From positions 1 through 37,506 of IMG/VR virus record IMGVR_UViG_3300038701_001420: 37,506 bases of DNA; one strand, 5' to 3'. The position numbers and the translations under genes are program-made. Of this stretch, positions 32,859 to 37,506 are shown piece after piece. Position 1 is the stretch's first letter, and every line of letters starts with the position of its first letter. This DNA comes from a virus. The notes below the pieces were generated by a model. The model saw only the letters and a program-made list of their open reading frames with translations, searched no databases and was not told the origin of the DNA.

Positions 32859-34309
32859 AGTTAAAACAAATCCTTACAAAGCGGTCATGGCGAAGGGAGG
32901 CGGGAAGGCAGAACATCTTAATGTTCATGCTCATCTACTTTCCGCATTTCGTTAAGTACGCCTTTGCTGATTTCCATAAATTGATTGAGCAAGACCTCTA
33001 TGATGATAATTGCAAGCGTCTGTTGATCTGTATGTTCAGGGAGTCGGGGAAGACTTCATTCGTCTCAATCATTTACACTATTTGGTGTATTGCTTATGAG
33101 AAGAGGAACTTCATCATTGTTGGTTCAGATGAAGAGGGGGCAGCGGTTGCGATCCTCTCAAACGTTATACAAGAGCTTCAGGGCAATTCGCTTCTGAAGA
33201 ATGACTTTGGTCAACTCTACTTCGAAAAGATAAGTCGATACTCAAAGGCAAAAAAGAAAACTGAAAAGAACTTTGTCACCACGAATGGAATCAGAGTGTG
33301 GGCGCGCGGGGTAGGTCAGAAGGTTCGTGGTCACTTGCACAATGCAAAACGCCCTGACCTTTTTTTGGGTGATGATCTTCAAGGCATACGCAACATTGAT
33401 TCAAGAGATCAGCGCGACAAGACTGATAACTGGCTCAAGAGTGAAGTTCTTTCTGGAATGGATCAAGTTATCGGCAAGGCAATCATACTCGGTAACATGC
33501 TGCACGCTGACAGTCTCGTGGCACGGCTTAGGAAGATGAAGAAGGTTTGGAAGACTCATTGGTTGGCCATTGAAGAGAATGGAGTATTGGCATGGCCAGC
33601 GCGCCACACCTTCACCGATGAAGAGGCAGCAGCCTATAATCGGAATAGGCCAAAGTCTCAATGGAAAGTAAGCCTTGATTCAATCCGCCGTGATAAGGGT
33701 ACTCATATTTATAATCAAGAGTACAAACTTAAACCAATGTCAAATACTGATACCATCATATTTGAGGATTGGATCAAGTGGTACAATCAAGAATATGATT
33801 GGTTTGATGAGAGGCGATTTAAAATTGTTATGGCGATTGACCCGGCGGTTAAAGAGAAGAAAGAGAATGATGACACTGCCATTGGTGTGATGGCCAAAGA
33901 CAAAGTCACTGGCTATGTTTACATGCTTGACTACCTGAAAGCCAAGCTCAGTTACAAGAAGATCAAAGAGGAGGCAGCTCGAATGGATCGGGTTTGGAGA
34001 CCGGCGATAGTGTATGTTGAAGATGTAGCAGCGCAGAATTGGTTGATTCAAGATTTAAAAAATGATTACAGCATGCCAATTCGCGGGCTGCCTCGAAGAA
34101 CAAGTAAGCGTGTGCGATTGATCTCAGTTTCAAATCATTTCGAAAATGAAGAAGTGTACTTCAAGAGAAGGCACGCAGAAGTGGTGAGTCAGGTCACTGG
34201 TTTTGGTACAGAGCCACATGATGATTTGGTTGACGTAGTCATTGATTGTGTTGATGGACTACTTGGTAAAGGGAAAACTCGAATGAGGAAATCCAAGGCA
34301 GCTTTATAA
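32855..34309 (+). CDS. terL: Large terminase subunit
   Basis: Walker A-like FRESGKTS, nuclease-domain acidic motifs AIDPA..DDTAIGV and HDDLVD. 484 aa, upstream of the portal gene. Confidence 0.85.
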   Translation: MKLKQILTKRSWRREAGRQNILMFMLIYFPHFVKYAFADFHKLIEQDLYDDNCKRLLICMFRESGKTSFVSIIYTIWCIAYEKRNFIIVGSDEEGAAVAILSNVIQELQGNSLLKNDFGQLYFEKISRYSKAKKKTEKNFVTTNGIRVWARGVGQKVRGHLHNAKRPDLFLGDDLQGIRNIDSRDQRDKTDNWLKSEVLSGMDQVIGKAIILGNMLHADSLVARLRKMKKVWKTHWLAIEENGVLAWPARHTFTDEEAAAYNRNRPKSQWKVSLDSIRRDKGTHIYNQEYKLKPMSNTDTIIFEDWIKWYNQEYDWFDERRFKIVMAIDPAVKEKKENDDTAIGVMAKDKVTGYVYMLDYLKAKLSYKKIKEEAARMDRVWRPAIVYVEDVAAQNWLIQDLKNDYSMPIRGLPRRTSKRVRLISVSNHFENEEVYFKRRHAEVVSQVTGFGTEPHDDLVDVVIDCVDGLLGKGKTRMRKSKAAL

Positions 34310-34324
34310 ACTCAATCAAATGAC

Positions 34325-34333
34325 GTATAATTA
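34325..34333 (+). promoter_or_regulatory. GTATAATTA promoter element upstream of the portal gene
   Basis: Exact 9-mer copy in the 47-nt terL-portal gap, 25 nt before ATG 34357. Confidence 0.35.
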
Positions 34334-34356
34334 TAGTACTTTAACACAATAAAAAA

Positions 34357-35811
34357 ATGCCGTTAATAAAATTCCCTAGTAAAAAGGAGAAACAGCGCCT
34401 CATTCTCCTGAAAGAATATGAGGAGCTTTATGATGGTGATCACTATTCTCAATTCGGAATTAAAGATTATTTTGTTGATGGTCAAGAGAAGGAGAAGAAG
34501 CTTTACATCGCTGTTAATCTTCCGGCTTTGATTAGTGAATATTATGCGGACATGGTGGTGGCCGATGGTGTGTTTGTCGATTCAGATCAAGAGGAAGTTC
34601 AAGAAGTATTAAATGATCTTTACGCTGACAACTCTTTGGATGTGGCCTTTTATGAGAGTTCGATCAACACATCAAAGAGTGGGTTCAGTGTTTTTCGTGT
34701 TCGACTGAATGAACTTGAGAAGGTGGTCATCGAAGAAATTCCAGTTGATCAATACTTTCCACAGGTTGATGGCAGCATTGTTCTTGCTAGCTATATCACT
34801 TTGGTCAGCAATCTTGATCAGAAGAAAACCAAATTCCTTTATAAACAAATCTATAAACAGGATTCACCAGAGGCAAATGTCATGCTTCATCATGAGCTTT
34901 GGAAGGTAGACAGTTCAAAGCAGCCAACTCAAAAGGTTGCGGTGACTGAATACATGAGCAATGTGAAGACTGATGTTCAAGATACCGGCTACCCTGTCAT
35001 GCCAGTTTTCCAAATCAACAATGCCAAGAGTAGCAAGTCAATGTTTGGAAAATCAGACTACAAAGACCCCAAGCCACTATTCGATGAAATCAATAATCGT
35101 GTGACTCAGATCAGTGTTCAATTGATCAAGCACATGAAGGCGAGGATCGCTGTACCGCCTGGAACCCTTGATCAAGATGGTGACATCAAAGTGGCAGACA
35201 CCGATGTCTTTGAGGTCGGCGATGGTGATAAAATGCCTCAGTACATTACTAATTCAAACCCACTGATTGATTCAGGCTTTAAGCAATTGGACAAATTGAT
35301 TCTGCTTGTCTCATCCATTACAAAGATTCCAGCCGAAGAAATGGGCTACCCCGGGAAAGGTGGGGCTGAGAAACCAGAGGCGATGAGAATTAAATTGTTC
35401 AGCACCCTTCGAAAGGTGAGCCGAAAAAGAATTTACATGGAGCAGGTAATCAAAGACATGATGAGCCTTGCTCTTAAAATGTCTGACCTTAAACCTGAAA
35501 AAGATAATGGCAAGTTTGACCTTCGTGTCAAGTGGACTGATGCACTGCCTATTGATGAGAACCTTCTCACTGAAAGATTGAGTGAGCAGGTTACAGGTGG
35601 GTTGAAGTCAAAACGTAAAGCGATTAAGGAGCTTCAAGATATTTATGATGAAGAGCTTAATAATGAGATCACTCTGATTGAAGAAGAGAATCAACCAATC
35701 ATCCCATCCTTCAATCGAACCAATAAAACAAAAAAAGAAGAGCCAAAGAATACCGAGGTCACTGAATCACTTAATGCTTCTGAAAATAACCTTCAAGCCA
35801 ATGATCAATAA
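34357..35811 (+). CDS. Portal protein
   Basis: 484 aa directly after terL and upstream of the MuF-like gene. Size and synteny are typical of SPP1 gp6-type portals. Confidence 0.75.
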   Translation: MPLIKFPSKKEKQRLILLKEYEELYDGDHYSQFGIKDYFVDGQEKEKKLYIAVNLPALISEYYADMVVADGVFVDSDQEEVQEVLNDLYADNSLDVAFYESSINTSKSGFSVFRVRLNELEKVVIEEIPVDQYFPQVDGSIVLASYITLVSNLDQKKTKFLYKQIYKQDSPEANVMLHHELWKVDSSKQPTQKVAVTEYMSNVKTDVQDTGYPVMPVFQINNAKSSKSMFGKSDYKDPKPLFDEINNRVTQISVQLIKHMKARIAVPPGTLDQDGDIKVADTDVFEVGDGDKMPQYITNSNPLIDSGFKQLDKLILLVSSITKIPAEEMGYPGKGGAEKPEAMRIKLFSTLRKVSRKRIYMEQVIKDMMSLALKMSDLKPEKDNGKFDLRVKWTDALPIDENLLTERLSEQVTGGLKSKRKAIKELQDIYDEELNNEITLIEEENQPIIPSFNRTNKTKKEEPKNTEVTESLNASENNLQANDQ

Positions 35812-36040
35812 AGACAATGCAACCAAGATACAGCAGATCAGTGACGCTTATGCCAAGTTAGTGAAGCGAGAGACTGGGGCCAGTATGGTTTGCATGTGGG
35901 GGGCGATCGATCCGAATAGCAAGAAGATTGCCACCGGAATGTCAATGTCAGATGCGATGAGAAATGAAGACATGACTGATGTATATTTTTTCATGCAGCG
36001 TAATTTATTTCTTAATCTCTATGATAAAAATGAAAGATAA
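35801..36040 (+). CDS. Hypothetical protein (79 aa from ATG 35801)
   Basis: Track ORF 35678..36040 trimmed to the first ATG that leaves only an 11-nt overlap with the portal gene. Confidence 0.45.
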   Translation: MINKDNATKIQQISDAYAKLVKRETGASMVCMWGAIDPNSKKIATGMSMSDAMRNEDMTDVYFFMQRNLFLNLYDKNER

Positions 36041-36260
36041 ATTCAATCGACTAAAGCATAAAAAAGAAACAGCAACTACCTATAGCAGATTTGATGAAGT
36101 TGGCATGTTCGAAGATGCGAAAGGGGTGGTGTCAAATGATGATGGAAGTATCAATGAATACAAAGTAGCAGCAGCCTTCATGGTCGGCTTCTTTGGTCTT
36201 CTGTTTGTCCTCTTCTCTTTGATCGTTGTTGTTCGTTTCGCTTTCTCAATTCCTCTTTAA
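36021..36260 (+). CDS. Small membrane protein (start 36021 or 36030)
   Basis: C-terminal TM segment AAAFMVGFFGLLFVLFSLIVVV. The track start 35979 overlaps the previous ORF heavily. Confidence 0.45.
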   Translation: MIKMKDKFNRLKHKKETATTYSRFDEVGMFEDAKGVVSNDDGSINEYKVAAAFMVGFFGLLFVLFSLIVVVRFAFSIPL

Positions 36261-36269
36261 GCATTTAAT

Positions 36270-37070
36270 ATGGCAGGTCAATCAGACAAACAATTAGACA
36301 AGATGACCGAAGAGATGGCTGAGGAAATGGGCCAGCTTTACGGTGAGGTTGGGGATGACATTCGCAATGTCCTTCTTGCCTATCTGGCTGCCCGACTCAC
36401 TCTTAAAAAAAGGAATGAAGCGCTATCTAAAATAGAGGTGATCCTTGCGGATGCAGACATCAAGACCAATGAAATTCTGGATCGCATCATTCCAAAGTCT
36501 TTTGATTATGGATTTGAAAGTGCCAATGTTGTTCTGCCGGCCAAGCTTAAAAAGATTCCAATGACCCCTGCCTTAAAAGAGCAGATTGTTTTAATGGTTG
36601 AGGATGCCAAGATTGATTTTGGTTCTGGATTGGCTGGCGCTCGAAAGGCTGCTGGTTCTGCATTGAGTCAAACCATGAAAGAGCAATTGGCCAATGCTGT
36701 TGCTGCTGGCACAGCCAAGGGTAAGAGTATTCCAAAGATTACTAAGAGCGTGTTAAAGATATTGGGTAATGAAGGCTTTACAACTTTTGTCCGAAGGAAT
36801 GGATCGGGTATGAACTTAAAAGCCTATTCTGAAATGCTGACTCGAACCCATGTGATTAAGTCGGCGAATGAAGCGACTGTTCAAAGGGGTAGACAGCTTG
36901 ATATCAATATTCTTGAAATGAGTACTCACTCGAATGTGAAGGATCAACCTTGTTTGGATGTTCAGGGTAAGCTCTTTGATTTGAATGGAAAAGAACACCC
37001 CAAACCACCTGACATGCCAATTCATCCGAACTGTCGGCACAAGCTTTTACTTAGGCCGGATTTAAGTTGA
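36270..37070 (+). CDS. Minor head protein, Phage Mu F / SPP1 gp7-like
   Basis: The C-terminal PPDMPIHPNCRHKL resembles the conserved PP.H.NCRC motif. Positioned after the portal gene. Confidence 0.7.
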   Translation: MAGQSDKQLDKMTEEMAEEMGQLYGEVGDDIRNVLLAYLAARLTLKKRNEALSKIEVILADADIKTNEILDRIIPKSFDYGFESANVVLPAKLKKIPMTPALKEQIVLMVEDAKIDFGSGLAGARKAAGSALSQTMKEQLANAVAAGTAKGKSIPKITKSVLKILGNEGFTTFVRRNGSGMNLKAYSEMLTRTHVIKSANEATVQRGRQLDINILEMSTHSNVKDQPCLDVQGKLFDLNGKEHPKPPDMPIHPNCRHKLLLRPDLS

Positions 37071-37133
37071 TCCCATAGCTATGGTAGTGTTGTGGGATTA
37101 CTATGGGATAGTTATGGGATAGCTATGGTAGTA
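37071..37133 (+). repeat. Five phased 11-bp direct repeats (consensus YTATGGGATAG) plus one inverted copy
   Basis: Units start at 37079, 37090, 37101, 37112 and 37123. The inverted copy TCCCATAG lies at 37071-37078. The 14-mer ATAGCTATGGTAGT occurs at 37075 and 37119. Confidence 0.85.
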
Positions 37134-37148
37134 CATTAAAAATAAATA

Positions 37149-37157
37149 TGTTATAAT
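37149..37157 (+). promoter_or_regulatory. Extended -10 promoter TGTTATAAT upstream of the scaffold/capsid genes
   Basis: Perfect TGnTATAAT located 15 nt downstream of the repeat array and 110 nt upstream of ATG 37268. Confidence 0.5.
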
Positions 37158-37267
37158 AAGTGTGTGTGTAAATAATTTTCAAATGTTGGAGAAAACCAAC
37201 CTAAAAAAATCTGAGTTTTACGATCTCTTCAAACGTATGTCTGTATATTCTTTAACCAAAGATTTTT

Positions 37268-37506
37268 ATGCCAGACCCAGTAACACCCGGTAGTGGTGAC
37301 CCAAGTGGAACTACCCCTGAAAATAACGGCGCAGGTACAACGCCTAATGCTCCTGAAAACAATGGTGGAAATCCAACACCCCCTGAAAAAAAGCCAGAAG
37401 AAAAAGGCACAATAGAAGTTCCCAAAGAAAAATGGGATCAAATGTATGCCCGCACAAAGTCAGCCGAAGAGGAATTGAAAGAATTCAAAGAAGCTGAAAA
37501 AAAGCG
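37268..37506 (+). CDS. Scaffolding-like protein, N-terminal part (continues at window position 128 via the duplicated 127 bp)
   Basis: ATG 37268 is the first start after the in-frame TAA at 37253. It reads MPDPVTPGSGDPSGTTPENNGAGTTPNAPENNGGNPTPPEKKPEEKGTIEVPKEKWDQMYARTKS.. and shares its frame with ORF 63..566. Confidence 0.7.
   Translation, partial: MPDPVTPGSGDPSGTTPENNGAGTTPNAPENNGGNPTPPEKKPEEKGTIEVPKEKWDQMYARTKSAEEELKEFKEAEKK
37380..37506. repeat. Terminal direct repeat, right copy (identical to 1..127)
   Basis: Exact identity read from the sequence. Confidence 0.95.

Noticed and set aside
35678-36040. The long version of the ORF that overlaps the portal 3' end by 134 nt. The same applies to the long TTG/ATG-extended versions 19671-20159, 20675-21169 and 22679-22909.
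   Set aside because: The extensions overlap neighbouring well-supported genes or non-coding structure. Two of the four (20159 and 22909) use TTG starts, while 21169 and 35678 are not clearly better supported than the internal ATGs. Internal ATGs give tidy gene junctions.
37183-37293. A 36-aa ORF (MLEKTNLKKSEFYDLFKRMSVYSLTKDFYARPSNTR) between the late promoter and the scaffold gene.
   Set aside because: It is short, overlaps the scaffold start in another frame, and has no supporting feature. I kept it only as a note.

Overview
The window is a complete, circularly closed tailed-phage genome with siphovirus-like organisation. Bases 1-127 are identical to 37380-37506, so the unique length is 37,379 bp and the scaffold-like gene runs across the window junction (ATG 37268 to stop 566). 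Two divergent gene blocks leave a ~700-bp non-coding control region (30482-31189). The rightward (+) block carries small genes, terS/terL, portal, a MuF-like head protein, scaffold, major capsid, a five-gene accessory cluster with fibre-like proteins, and connector/neck genes. It continues with major tail protein, a tail chaperone pair with a canonical -1 slippery site, a 1338-aa tape measure, distal tail, hub and receptor-binding proteins, an M23 peptidase endolysin and a holin. The leftward (-) block is early/replication: a D5/P4-type helicase, a stand-alone CHC2 zinc-finger protein, YopX, a PIF1/RecD-like helicase and a metallophosphatase. It also holds a Sak4-like ATPase with gp157-like and DUF669-like partners, a SWIM finger, a VRR-NUC nuclease, an HTH protein, two paralogous Cys-rich lipoproteins and several tiny membrane proteins. 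I saw no integrase, tRNA, CRISPR array, reverse transcriptase or transposase. Protein family names come from motifs read by eye plus synteny; no searches were run. The items most worth a second look are: (1) a promoter plus ~200-nt G/C-tract leader at 22881-23111 with three mutually exclusive helices, which looks like an attenuator or riboswitch. (2) A second ~245-nt non-coding structured island at 30011-30256. (3) An A9 run at 19677-19685 where the DUF669-like gene stops and the -1 frame continues, without a start codon, into the SWIM finger. (4) A phage-wide GTATAATTA promoter element with no Shine-Dalgarno sites and two apparently leaderless genes. (5) A perfect 21-bp palindromic operator and a phased 5 x 11-bp repeat array in front of promoters. 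(6) The twin-CX3C lipoprotein pair.
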